64,000 nucleotides of DNA from Abditibacteriaceae bacterium (lineage in GTDB: Bacteria > Armatimonadota > Abditibacteriia > Abditibacteriales > Abditibacteriaceae). Each line of letters begins with the position of its first letter. The stretch's first letter is position 1. Shown here one piece after another: positions 9,709 to 19,034 of the stretch. The position numbers and the translations under genes are program-made. Below the pieces are notes generated by a model. That model was given only the letters and a program-made list of their open reading frames with translations. It was not told where the DNA came from and made no database searches. Location: positions 1,728,001-1,792,000 of the forward strand of contig OZ255721.1 of the NCBI GenBank assembly GCA_965277285.1, read 5' to 3'.

Positions 9709-10548
9709 ATGCGTTTCGCCGTCATCTCCGATATTCATTCCAATCTGCCCGCTTTGCTGGCCGTTGACGAAGACCTGAAAACAATTCGTCCCGATTTCGT
9801 CATCGTGGCGGGCGATTTCATCAATCGTGGGCCGCAACCGCGCGAAGTGCTGGCGTTTCTGCTGGAAAAAGGTTGGCCTTTGTTGCGCGGCAATCACGAA
9901 GATTATGTGATCGCGCAATGTGAAGGTTTCGCGCCGGACGACATTCGCGCCAATCCCGTCTGGCGACCCGCGCAGTGGACAGCCGAGCAATTGAACAAAG
10001 ACGACAGCGCCATCAAAACTTTGCCGCTGACCATGACGCTGGAAGCACCGCACTCCAATCGAGTACTCGAAAACAAGATTTTGATCGCGCACGGTACGCC
10101 ACAAGTCAACAACGACGGCGTTTTCGAGAAGACAACCGACGGCGAACTGCGCCAAATGCTGCGCGACAATCCGCCATCGCTCTTCATCTGCGCGCACACG
10201 CACGTCGCGCTGATTCGTGAAATCGACGCGGCTTTGGTCGTCAACGTCGGCGCCGTCGGCCTGCCCTTCAACGGCGATCCGCGCGCGCAATACGGCGTTT
10301 TTACGTGGGAAAATAACGCGTGGAAGGCTGAACTACGCAAGCTGGAATACGACCGAGCCGCAACATATCGCGCCTTTGAAACGGGCGGTTTTTTGGAAGA
10401 TGGTGGCCCACTGGCGCGCGTCATCATGCACGAAGTCGAAACCGCCAGGCCGCATTTGGGGCCATGGGTTCGCCAGTTTTCCGAAAGTGTTCGCGGCGGT
10501 AAAATGACGGTTGCACAAGCGACTGAGGAATACTTTAAGAGCTTGTGA
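9709..10548 (+). CDS. metallophosphoesterase family protein
   Basis: SDIHSN, GDFINRGP, RGNHE, AHG, AHTH and NVGAVG motifs. Confidence 0.92.
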   Translation: MRFAVISDIHSNLPALLAVDEDLKTIRPDFVIVAGDFINRGPQPREVLAFLLEKGWPLLRGNHEDYVIAQCEGFAPDDIRANPVWRPAQWTAEQLNKDDSAIKTLPLTMTLEAPHSNRVLENKILIAHGTPQVNNDGVFEKTTDGELRQMLRDNPPSLFICAHTHVALIREIDAALVVNVGAVGLPFNGDPRAQYGVFTWENNAWKAELRKLEYDRAATYRAFETGGFLEDGGPLARVIMHEVETARPHLGPWVRQFSESVRGGKMTVAQATEEYFKSL

Positions 10549-10600
10549 TGACCGAAACGCAGATTGAGGCGGTCGGATGCAGCGCCGTGTTGTGTCGACA

Positions 10601-11209
10601 TTAATCGGTTCGATGTGCTTCGACAGTAGTTGCAACCACGTATGAATCTGCAACTATGAGAACAATGATTTTGCCTGGCTCGACCACTGGCTTACCTTCT
10701 CCATAAAGAAGTGGCCGCGACGTTTTGAAGCCATGCTTTTGCATGGTGTCTTGGTAAATGCCAATGAGAGGCTCTGGCCCATCAGCTAATTTGCCATAAC
10801 CGCCAGCTATCAAATCTTCTAAATTATGAGAATAATTAACGAACCGTGAGAAAGGAAACCATTTACCCACCAGCTTTTGATGAGCTTGCCACAACTCACC
10901 AACAACACCTATTGCAGATTCGTTTGAACTGTTGAACCACAAAGTAAAATGTGGCTTAATGTACGGCCAAAGCAAAATATGATTGTCGGTTACTTCGATA
11001 TAACTTCCCCAGCCAAACTTAATCTTATGTTCGCGTTCTGACCGGCACACAAGGCTCCACTTCTGTCTGGCATCATCGCCTCCGGTGTTTACCTCGATAA
11101 GGATTTCTAAATCTTCGTTGTCATTTTGCCAAGCGGCACCAATGACACAGATACCGCCGTTTTCCTCATAATCCAATGTTGCGGTCAATTTGAGCAGTTC
11201 TTCTAACAT
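10601..11209 (-). CDS. hypothetical protein (low GC)
   Basis: Open ORF in AT-richer DNA; probable start MLEELLK at 11209. Confidence 0.65.
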   Translation of the reverse strand: MLEELLKLTATLDYEENGGICVIGAAWQNDNEDLEILIEVNTGGDDARQKWSLVCRSEREHKIKFGWGSYIEVTDNHILLWPYIKPHFTLWFNSSNESAIGVVGELWQAHQKLVGKWFPFSRFVNYSHNLEDLIAGGYGKLADGPEPLIGIYQDTMQKHGFKTSRPLLYGEGKPVVEPGKIIVLIVADSYVVATTVEAHRTD

Positions 11210-11360
11210 GGATTTTATTATGACGAATTCAACCAAGCCGCGCGTAGGTACAACGACCAAGCTCATGCGCTGCAAGCCCGAATTGAAGCAAGGCACAAGT
11301 GAAACGTAGGGACGTAGGCAGTCGAGTACATCGCCGCGTTAATTTGCTGTTAATGCACCA

Positions 11361-11870
11361 TTAGCCTGCTTTAGCCCAACGGATGCGTCTCAAATCAATG
11401 CTAATTGAGAACAATGGTTCATCATCACCATGGACTTTGCAGGTTCTAAAATAAAAAGTCTGTTTGCCGCAATATATATAACGACCCATACATTTACCAT
11501 CAGATCGATAATTAAAGCCCGAACGGAACTCACCATTTTGCCCTGACTTGGCTAACATTAACAGTTCTCCAAATGTCTTTGATTTCCGGTCAAGTAACAA
11601 TTCCGCTGGTGGCTCTCCAGTCACCATATCATCAGCTTCAATTTCTCTCAATATAACTCGCCTTGCAGCCCCGACTGATGGTGCCCAATAAAACTGGCTT
11701 ACAAATGGGCCACCAACTGTCTCTCCTTTATAATCTTTGACAGCGTGTGCAAATACAGAATCAGCAATTTGATAAAAGTTAGGGGTAATTTCGATTGGAT
11801 CAAAACCAAGCTCGTGCAACGACGAGTACTCACTAACCCCAAACAATTTTTTCCAATTGATATTTTGCAT
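11361..11870 (-). CDS. hypothetical protein (low GC)
   Basis: 169-aa ORF with no competing ORFs. Confidence 0.65.
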   Translation of the reverse strand: MQNINWKKLFGVSEYSSLHELGFDPIEITPNFYQIADSVFAHAVKDYKGETVGGPFVSQFYWAPSVGAARRVILREIEADDMVTGEPPAELLLDRKSKTFGELLMLAKSGQNGEFRSGFNYRSDGKCMGRYIYCGKQTFYFRTCKVHGDDEPLFSISIDLRRIRWAKAG

Positions 11871-12097
11871 GATTCACTATTATAGGTTCATTCCACGTAC
11901 TTACACAGCAAGCTAACTATGTCCTATACCGCAAAGTCGTTCCGCTTAAATGCGTGGCTTACGCCTATTATTATGTCGCAAAATGAATTGCGAACACTAC
12001 CACAAGCCTTTCCAATTGACAAACTTTCAGTTTCGAGTACTCAATCCGACTTTGCTCTTCCGCGTCCTTCACGCTCTATCCCCGTTAAACTTCCGGC

Positions 12098-13093
12098 GTG
12101 CCGATTTTTCTTTCCGATTCCCAAAACATTCAACGCGCCGCCCAGCTTCTGCGCAATGGCGAACTGGTCGCGTTTCCAACCGAAACGGTTTATGGTTTGG
12201 GCGCTAATGCGCTTGATGCGAACGCTGTGCAGAAGATTTTCGCGGCCAAAGAACGACCAAGTTATAATCCGTTGATCGTTCATGTTCTCGATGTAGAAAG
12301 TGCGCAGAAACTTGTCACGGTTTGGCCGCAGCAAGCGCAACTTTTGGCCGAACGTTTTTGGCCAGGCGCTTTGACTTTTGTGTTGCCCAAACGCCCAATC
12401 GTGCCCGATATTGTGACGGCATCGTTGGGAAGTGTCGCGGTGCGTTCGCCGTCGCATGTGGTGGCGCGCGCTCTATTGCAAGCGTCGAAATTGCCAATTG
12501 CGGCGCCGAGCGCCAACAAGTTCACCCAACTTTCGCCAACGACAGCGACGCATGTCGAAGCCGCGCTGGGCGAACGCGTGACGATGATTTTGGATGGCGG
12601 CGATTGCGATTGCGGCATCGAATCAACCGTGCTCGATTTGACGGGCGACGTTCCGGTTCTGCTGCGTCCAGGAACGATTACGCGCGCGCAAATTGAAGAA
12701 GTTGTCGGAAAAATCAGGTTGCGCGACGAAATCGAGTACTCGAAAGACGACGCCACGCCGCGACTTTCGCCTGGCTTGATCGAACGCCATTACGCGCCGC
12801 GCGCGACGTTGAAAACATTTCAAAATGCAGTTGAATTGTCGCATCTGGTTGCGCAATCTGGCGAAGTTATAACTGGCGCGTTGTTGCTCAATAGGGGAAG
12901 CGGCGCGATTAAACATCCGATTACAATGCCGCGCAATGCCGATGATTACGCGCGCAAATTGTATCGCGCCTTGCACGATTTGGATGAGCTGGGTTGCCGT
13001 GTCGTTTTCGTGGAGGAAGTGCCGCGCGAAGCTGTTTGGGACGGCGTCCGCGACCGCTTGAAGCGCGCTTCGACGCCCGCTAAAAGCTCGTAA
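12098..13093 (+). CDS. tsaC: L-threonylcarbamoyladenylate synthase (Sua5/TsaC)
   Basis: VAFPTETVYGLGA, KERPSYNPLIVH, AAPSAN, GIESTV and a Sua5 C-domain (HYAP). Confidence 0.95.
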   Translation: MPIFLSDSQNIQRAAQLLRNGELVAFPTETVYGLGANALDANAVQKIFAAKERPSYNPLIVHVLDVESAQKLVTVWPQQAQLLAERFWPGALTFVLPKRPIVPDIVTASLGSVAVRSPSHVVARALLQASKLPIAAPSANKFTQLSPTTATHVEAALGERVTMILDGGDCDCGIESTVLDLTGDVPVLLRPGTITRAQIEEVVGKIRLRDEIEYSKDDATPRLSPGLIERHYAPRATLKTFQNAVELSHLVAQSGEVITGALLLNRGSGAIKHPITMPRNADDYARKLYRALHDLDELGCRVVFVEEVPREAVWDGVRDRLKRASTPAKSS

Positions 13094-13111
13094 ACAGATA
13101 CGAAAACCGCT

Positions 13112-13147
13112 AAGCGTCCCGCTTCGAGTACTCGAAATAGGACGCTT
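13112..13147. terminator. hairpin (probable terminator) carrying the 12-bp palindrome at its apex
   Basis: aagcgtcc-cgc-ttcgagtactcgaa-ata-ggacgctt between convergent genes. Confidence 0.6.
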
Positions 13148-13168
13148 TACTTGATTGATGTTCTGTGG

Positions 13169-14386
13169 CTATTGTGGCGCTTCGGTGTGAGTGTCAGCGC
13201 GTTTTTTTGATGTTGTCGCTGCTTTATTGTGCAGCCATCGCCGCGCCTGACGCACCGTTTTCGTCCATGCGCAAAGTGGCAATTGCCAGATGTAACGCAC
13301 TTTCCACAAGCGCCGTAGGTAATCAGTAAAGGAAATTATTCCTAACGTGCCTGCGTTTAGATTTTTTAGGCGCGAGAACTCGCGATAGCGCAGCCACAAC
13401 GCCAGCAAAGGACTGCGAGCTTCGCGTCGTTGCAACCCCGCTTTATACTCTAAGCGATCAAGGCGCAAAACCGGCAAGGCATCTATTGCCGCGATGACCT
13501 CGGCAGGAATCGGTACGTCCATTTTCTCGCTCAGGTAATGCAGCGCATCGCCGAGAGGCAAGTTTAAGCGCCGTTTGCGCGCGTGATCCACTAAACGATT
13601 CCAGTCGATATTTTCACTGGCGCGCAGTATAAGAATGACATCAGCGACCCAGTGCAGAGGCGCGACGCTGTTCCATTGAACACCATCAATGCAAGCATGG
13701 AAAATCTGGTCGGTCGGGTTCAAAGCCAGCGTTTGGACGTCGTTCACGCACGCGAGCACAGCGCCTTCCCAGAAGATGTCGTCGTCATGTGGCGCGCAAC
13801 ATTGCCGCAGAAGATGCAGATGCAAATTGAAGGATTGCTCGCGTTCGTTGATAAAAGGCTGCGCGAACACAGAATTCAAGGATTTTCCGTCGATCAGAAC
13901 GGGCGCCTCATTTTCCTGACCGCGCGTATCCGGCTTCCAGCCCCAACTTTTTAACAATTCCACGGTGCGTGCCGCTTGCGAAGTCGGCACCATCAAGTCG
14001 AAATCGTTCATCGGACGCCAACTAATTTCTTGATAATGCAACGCAATCAGCGCCGCACCCTTCAAAATCATAGTTTGAATTCCCGCATTCTGCAATTGTT
14101 GCAAAACGGTGGCGGCACACGCGAACAACATCTGATTGTGATACCACGTATGGCGCATCACGCTTTTGAAACGTGCCATCAGCGGATCATCAATGCCTTG
14201 CGCCTTCAAATTCGCGTTAAGCAACGGCAGCAAACGCATCGAACCATAATCGACGCACTCGACATCGACCTGATTTTTCCACTGCTGCCAGGCCGCCAAA
14301 CCTTCGGCGTTACGCCACAAAGCGGCGCGCAATAACAATTCTTGCTCATTTGTCGGCCAGCAGCCGCCTACATTCTCCGCCGTCAT
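13169..14386 (-). CDS. nucleotidyltransferase family protein (NTP_transf_5-like)
   Basis: ILKGAAL...Y...RPMNDFDLMV motif; start MTAEN after GGGAG. Confidence 0.85.
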   Translation of the reverse strand: MTAENVGGCWPTNEQELLLRAALWRNAEGLAAWQQWKNQVDVECVDYGSMRLLPLLNANLKAQGIDDPLMARFKSVMRHTWYHNQMLFACAATVLQQLQNAGIQTMILKGAALIALHYQEISWRPMNDFDLMVPTSQAARTVELLKSWGWKPDTRGQENEAPVLIDGKSLNSVFAQPFINEREQSFNLHLHLLRQCCAPHDDDIFWEGAVLACVNDVQTLALNPTDQIFHACIDGVQWNSVAPLHWVADVILILRASENIDWNRLVDHARKRRLNLPLGDALHYLSEKMDVPIPAEVIAAIDALPVLRLDRLEYKAGLQRREARSPLLALWLRYREFSRLKNLNAGTLGIISFTDYLRRLWKVRYIWQLPLCAWTKTVRQARRWLHNKAATTSKKRADTHTEAPQ

Positions 14387-14733
14387 CGACTTCTCCCGTC
14401 GCAGGTTAACCATTCTTTGACATTGTTTAGTTTTTCATCAACACGCTCTTCATCATCTTCTGTCATGTTTTTCGTCATTCGAGTACTCGAACGTCACAAT
14501 GTTGCCAGTGATGAGCGAAACACGTTGCGAGTGTTGCGTTCCAACGCCAAGCATGGCACCTTTGCCGGACACGTGCAAAGTCTATAATTCACTGTGTCCG
14601 GCAGCTAAAAATTGTGCCCAACGTCAGCACGACAAACTTTGCGCGGTGCGACAGTGAACCAAAATCGTTCGTGTCAAATCGTGATAGAAGGTCGGGTAAT
14701 CGCTTCAATTGCAAAGCTCAAAAGATCGGTTTC

Positions 14734-15429
14734 TTACTCCGTGCGGTTCTTTTGTCGTTGAATTGAGCGATGTAGAGCGCGCAAAATGTTCTGGTTGTTT
14801 TCGGGTGCATTGAGCGACGTATTGGTGTCGTGAACGCGCTTGTGCAAAAGCGTTTCTTCGACAACCCAAACGGGCAACGCGAAGTCTTTGGCGCGTGCGA
14901 ACCAATCGACATCTTCACCAATAGTCAACGACGCATCGAAAAGTCCGATTTTTTCAAACGCTGACCGGCGCACGACCAGAGTTTCCATAATGGGCGCGAG
15001 ATGTTCGCCTTGCAAAAGTTCAGGACGAAAGCCAGCGGGAATGGCATGACCTTCTTCCAGGAAAAACCGCGCCCGCGCATACGAGTACTCGATATGCGGT
15101 TGTTCGAGCATCGGCACGACCTGACGCGAGAATTTGTTCGTCGTCCACAAATCGTCATGGGACAGAAAGGCTAACAAATCGCATTTCGCGTTCTGCACGC
15201 CGCAATTATAAGCATCGGAAACGGTGTTCCCTTCTTGCGACACAACGCGCACCAGGGGAAAAGACGACGCGATTTCGCGCGTGCTGTCGGTTGAATGTCC
15301 GTCCACCACGATGATTTCTTGCGGCGCAGCGTCTTGCTGCAGAACACTTTGAAGGGCTTGCGCGAGAAAGCGTTCGCCATTTCTGACCGCGACAATAACG
15401 CTGACAGGAAGAGTTTTTGGAAACATCAA
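14734..15429 (-). CDS. glycosyltransferase family 2
   Basis: VSVIVAVRNGERFL, VVDGHSTD, AFLSHDDLW and GEDVDWF. Confidence 0.92.
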   Translation of the reverse strand: MMFPKTLPVSVIVAVRNGERFLAQALQSVLQQDAAPQEIIVVDGHSTDSTREIASSFPLVRVVSQEGNTVSDAYNCGVQNAKCDLLAFLSHDDLWTTNKFSRQVVPMLEQPHIEYSYARARFFLEEGHAIPAGFRPELLQGEHLAPIMETLVVRRSAFEKIGLFDASLTIGEDVDWFARAKDFALPVWVVEETLLHKRVHDTNTSLNAPENNQNILRALHRSIQRQKNRTE

Positions 15430-15505
15430 AGAGGGAAAGTTTGTGTAGTTAATTCAGATTTCTGTAATGGCTCAGGTGGTGAGATAAATCGAACCTGTCC
15501 AAGAA

Positions 15506-15586
15506 GAACCCCAAGCATCAGCGACGGGTGAAACGTAAAAGTTCATTCATTTGTTACGTTTCACCCGTCGCTGACGCTCGAGGTCC
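15506..15586. repeat. REPIN-like hairpin, family B
   Basis: gaaccccaagcatcagcgacgggtgaaacgtaa ... ttacgtttcacccgtcgctgacgctcgaggtcc. Confidence 0.8.
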
Positions 15587-15724
15587 TTTCCATCAGCCTA
15601 TTCTATGAACTGCCGCGTGATTGGCGCACCGATTCCTTGATGCACAGCCTGAAACTTGCCAGATATTTTAATTTACAGCCGTGGTGCAAATAGATTGTAA
15701 CAGGCTTCCATAACTTTGCCCCTG

Positions 15725-15796
15725 TCACAAAGCGGCGCGCAATAACAATTTCTGTTGTGCATTGGGCGCACAGTCACTTTCTTCCGTTTGGATCAC
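15725..15796 (-). pseudogene. N-terminal remnant of a second nucleotidyltransferase
   Basis: CAPNAQQKLLLRAAL* matches CWPTNEQELLLRAALW of 13169-14386, with shared DNA cacaaagcggcgcgcaataacaatt and TGA in place of TGG. Confidence 0.6.
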
Positions 15797-16530
15797 AAAG
15801 TCACTTCTTCGCCCGTCATTTGAGTACTCGACGTTGGTTGTACTATCGACTGTTGGCGACGACGGTCGAGCGAAGCTTTGACGATGCGTACATAATCGAG
15901 ATGAAATTGCCGTTTTGTCACGCCTTGATTTGTCGCGTGAACACGCCGATGCAACACGACTTGTGGCAAAACTTGGTGCGTCAGGCCGAGTTCGGTGGCG
16001 CGCGCGAACCAGTCGATGAACTCGCCAATTTGCCACGAAGTCTCGAAAAATCCCACGCGCAAAAAATCCGCCCGGCGCAGTATCATGGCGCTGGGCAAAA
16101 AAGCGGGCAGCGTTTCTTCGGGCACATGCGCCGTTGTTTCGCGCGCATCAATTTCCGGGCTGAGAAATTGTTCGACATAGCCTAAAACGATGTTCGAGCC
16201 GCCATTTTGCAACGCCTGAAGTTGCAAATGTAGTTTGTCGCCCATCCACAAATCGTCCGCATCGAGAAAAGCCAGATACTTGCCTCGCGCCTGCTGCACG
16301 CCATTGTTGCGCGCGCTGGCCGCACCATTCTGCACTTGATACGAGTACTCGATGTCGTCGAACTGCGTTGCAACACGCGCCGTTTCGTCCGTCGAGCCGT
16401 CGTCGATGACAATGATTTGCAAGTTGCCGTAGTTTTGCGCGCGCACGCTTTCCAATGCCGCACCCAGGTAGCGCACGCCGTTGTGAACTGGAACGATCAC
16501 GCTGACCAAGGGCTGAGAATCAAGTGTCAT
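15793..16530 (-). CDS. glycosyltransferase family 2
   Basis: VSVIVPVHNG, IDDGSTD, ARNNG and AFLDADDLW. Confidence 0.93.
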   Translation of the reverse strand: MTLDSQPLVSVIVPVHNGVRYLGAALESVRAQNYGNLQIIVIDDGSTDETARVATQFDDIEYSYQVQNGAASARNNGVQQARGKYLAFLDADDLWMGDKLHLQLQALQNGGSNIVLGYVEQFLSPEIDARETTAHVPEETLPAFLPSAMILRRADFLRVGFFETSWQIGEFIDWFARATELGLTHQVLPQVVLHRRVHATNQGVTKRQFHLDYVRIVKASLDRRRQQSIVQPTSSTQMTGEEVTL

Positions 16531-17665
16531 GGCGCTGTTGATGTTGTAAAAAATCCTCGATAAACGGCAAAACCGCGTTTCGCTTCGACCCTAAATCCAG
16601 TGTGTAAGACGGCACGCGCCTGACCAGAGCCGAAAGCCAGTCGAAGGTTTCGCGCCCGGCGTTTGGCAACTGAAAAATCGTGCTCGGCGCCAAAGCAAGT
16701 AACGCTTGCGCGCGGCTCAAAGGCTGCATTCGCGGCGCGCCTTCGTTTGTAACACGAGGCAACAAAATCGCGCGAATCGGGAAGCCTTCGCTTAATTTAT
16801 GCTTCCACAAAGGGCTGAAGAAAAACAACGCCTTCTCGTTCATCATGGTCGCTTCGTTACTCAAAGACGGTTTCAAATGCGGAAAATGCTTCGCGTCCTC
16901 GCCATGAACTTTGCCTGATGAATATAAGCTCCAAGCGCGAAATTCACCGGCCTCGTCCGACAACAGGCAATAATCGTCGGCGGCGTACAGTAAATTGGAA
17001 GTGAAAGTTTGCAACGCCGTGGATGATTTGCCCGAACCGCCGCGCCCGATCAGCAGAACACCGCCCTGCTCGTTTCCGATAGCCGCCGCATGCACCAGAC
17101 GACGATTTTGCGTGGTCATCCAAGCGTGAAAAATCGGCAGCAGAGGCGCACCGCTTTCATAATAAGGCAGTTCGCGCGCGTCACGAATCCACGATATCGC
17201 GCGCTTGCGCTCCAAATCGAGCAACGTCAAAACGCCCGAACCCATGTGAAAAGTCGTGCGAAATCGTTGGTCGCTCCAACCGCGCACTTCATTGCGGATC
17301 GAGTACTCGGAATTGTGCCATGGCGTGCTGGGCATCTCAATGCCACTCGAAGTCGAGTCCCAAAGACAAACGGTGAGCGCCTCGTCATCAGGAGAAAACG
17401 GCTCGACGCTTTTATGTCGCAAAGCGGGCGTTAATCGTTGTGCCAGAACTTCGCTGGCAAAACGGAGTTGAAACTTCTGGCCCGCGATGCGATAAAAGAA
17501 TTGCGAATCTGGGCCGCGAGCTTCGGCTTGCTCAAAAAGGTTTTCGACTTGCGTGAAAAATTCATGCGGCGATAGCCCACTGCCGAGAAACGAAGGTTCG
17601 TCCATCGGCGAAGGCACTGCAGCAGCAGCGAAAAAACGCGAAGGAAGAATGGGCATGAATGACAA
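16520..17665 (-). CDS. HPr kinase-like P-loop kinase
   Basis: VHAAAI...LLIGRGGSGKSSTA...AADDY; start uncertain. Confidence 0.85.
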   Translation of the reverse strand: MSFMPILPSRFFAAAAVPSPMDEPSFLGSGLSPHEFFTQVENLFEQAEARGPDSQFFYRIAGQKFQLRFASEVLAQRLTPALRHKSVEPFSPDDEALTVCLWDSTSSGIEMPSTPWHNSEYSIRNEVRGWSDQRFRTTFHMGSGVLTLLDLERKRAISWIRDARELPYYESGAPLLPIFHAWMTTQNRRLVHAAAIGNEQGGVLLIGRGGSGKSSTALQTFTSNLLYAADDYCLLSDEAGEFRAWSLYSSGKVHGEDAKHFPHLKPSLSNEATMMNEKALFFFSPLWKHKLSEGFPIRAILLPRVTNEGAPRMQPLSRAQALLALAPSTIFQLPNAGRETFDWLSALVRRVPSYTLDLGSKRNAVLPFIEDFLQHQQRHDT

Positions 17666-18148
17666 TTATGGCGCCACTGGCGATTTCTCGCGGATCGCCT
17701 TGACGTTAGGCCAGCCCGCTTCATCGACTTCATGGATCGGATCAAGCATCAACAAAGCCTGCATATCGGTGAACTTTTGCAGTTGTGGTCGCACAAAAGC
17801 ACCGCGCTTTTGCACCGATTCTTCGCTTTTCGAGTACTCAATATTGTCATCGAGCGAATCGTTTTCGGACGCGGCGACTTGCGAAAGAAGTTCTTCGTCT
17901 TGCAGCTTTTGCAAAAAGGCGTCAGTTTCGCGCTGGATTTCGTCGCGTTCGGCTTCATAGAGCGCGGTCAGTTGCGTCGCAATTTGCTGAACCGAAGCGC
18001 CATTCAAAGCGAGATTCCAAATATCGGTGCCCGCGCCACCCAAACTGTAGTAGGTGCCCGCGCTTAAATTGACAATGACCACTTCATCATCGAAAGTTTC
18101 CTGAATAATTTGCGCGTGATTGGTTTTGAAACGTGTGGATTGATCCAT
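17666..18148 (-). CDS. PqqD/RRE-family protein with C-terminal peptide-like extension
   Basis: ETFDDEVVIVNLSAGTYYSLGGAGTDIW...FLQKLQDEELL, then FVRPQLQKFTDMQALLMLDPIHEVDEAGWP; start ATG 18148 after GAGG. Confidence 0.85.
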   Translation of the reverse strand: MDQSTRFKTNHAQIIQETFDDEVVIVNLSAGTYYSLGGAGTDIWNLALNGASVQQIATQLTALYEAERDEIQRETDAFLQKLQDEELLSQVAASENDSLDDNIEYSKSEESVQKRGAFVRPQLQKFTDMQALLMLDPIHEVDEAGWPNVKAIREKSPVAP

Positions 18149-18266
18149 TGCGACTTCCTCAGTTGACATCTTTATCATTATACCAGTATCACGTTTCGCG
18201 TCTATCTCAAAGGTTAAAACACTTGGTGATAGTGCGATTTTACACGCGTCCTCGAAATTTATGTGC

Positions 18267-18986
18267 TTAATCAGAATGTTGAAGTGGCGGTAAATCGGGC
18301 ATGGGCGCGACTTCAATGGCACTTTGAATCGCACCGCGCCGACGCCGATCCAACGAGCGCTTCAGCGCATAAACAACATCCAGTTCCTTGAATGTTTTTC
18401 CGTTAGTCATATTGGCGCCATGTAAATAATAAATGAGCGTCGTTTCTTGAAGCCGCAACAACTCGATGCCACGCTCGCGGGTTTGCAAAAACCAATCGGT
18501 GTCTTCGCTAAAGCGCAGCGTTTCGTCGAATAAACCCACTTTGTCGAATACGCGCCGCCGGTAAAGCGCCGCGCCAATGAGAAACGCGACAAAAGGCTCG
18601 GTTAATTCGTCTTCGAGTACTCGAAAGACCTGCACGCGCCCCAAAACCATGTCGAGTTGCGAATTATTTTGCAGATGCTCCAGACGCAAAGCGAGCGAAC
18701 CGCCCGGCCACAAATCGTCGACATCCAGAAACGCGAGAATGTCGCTTTGCGCCGCGCGGATGCCAACGTTGCGCGCCGCCGCTGGCCCCGCGTTGATTTG
18801 AGAAATCACGCGCACACCCAAAAAACCAGCCGCAATCTGCGCTGAATCATCCGTCGAGCCGTCATCGACGACGATAAATTCCGTCTGTGGCGGACATTCG
18901 CGCTGAATACAATCGAGCGCACGCGGCAAAAACTTCGCGCCATTATAAATCGGCACAATCACGCTCAGAACAGGATTTTCATTCAT
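18267..18986 (-). CDS. glycosyltransferase family 2
   Basis: SVIVPIYNG, VDDGSTD, GPAAARNVG, AFLDVDDLW and SEDTDWF. Confidence 0.93.
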   Translation of the reverse strand: MNENPVLSVIVPIYNGAKFLPRALDCIQRECPPQTEFIVVDDGSTDDSAQIAAGFLGVRVISQINAGPAAARNVGIRAAQSDILAFLDVDDLWPGGSLALRLEHLQNNSQLDMVLGRVQVFRVLEDELTEPFVAFLIGAALYRRRVFDKVGLFDETLRFSEDTDWFLQTRERGIELLRLQETTLIYYLHGANMTNGKTFKELDVVYALKRSLDRRRRGAIQSAIEVAPMPDLPPLQHSD

Positions 18987-19034
18987 TCGAGTACTCGATT
19001 TGCGGGAAAATTAACGTTTCAAAGCTGCCTCTGA

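Noticed and set aside
9610..10290. 398-aa version of the GSP26 ORF
   Set aside because: The N-terminal extension is antisense to the phosphoesterase; the real start is ATG 9609 with an SD
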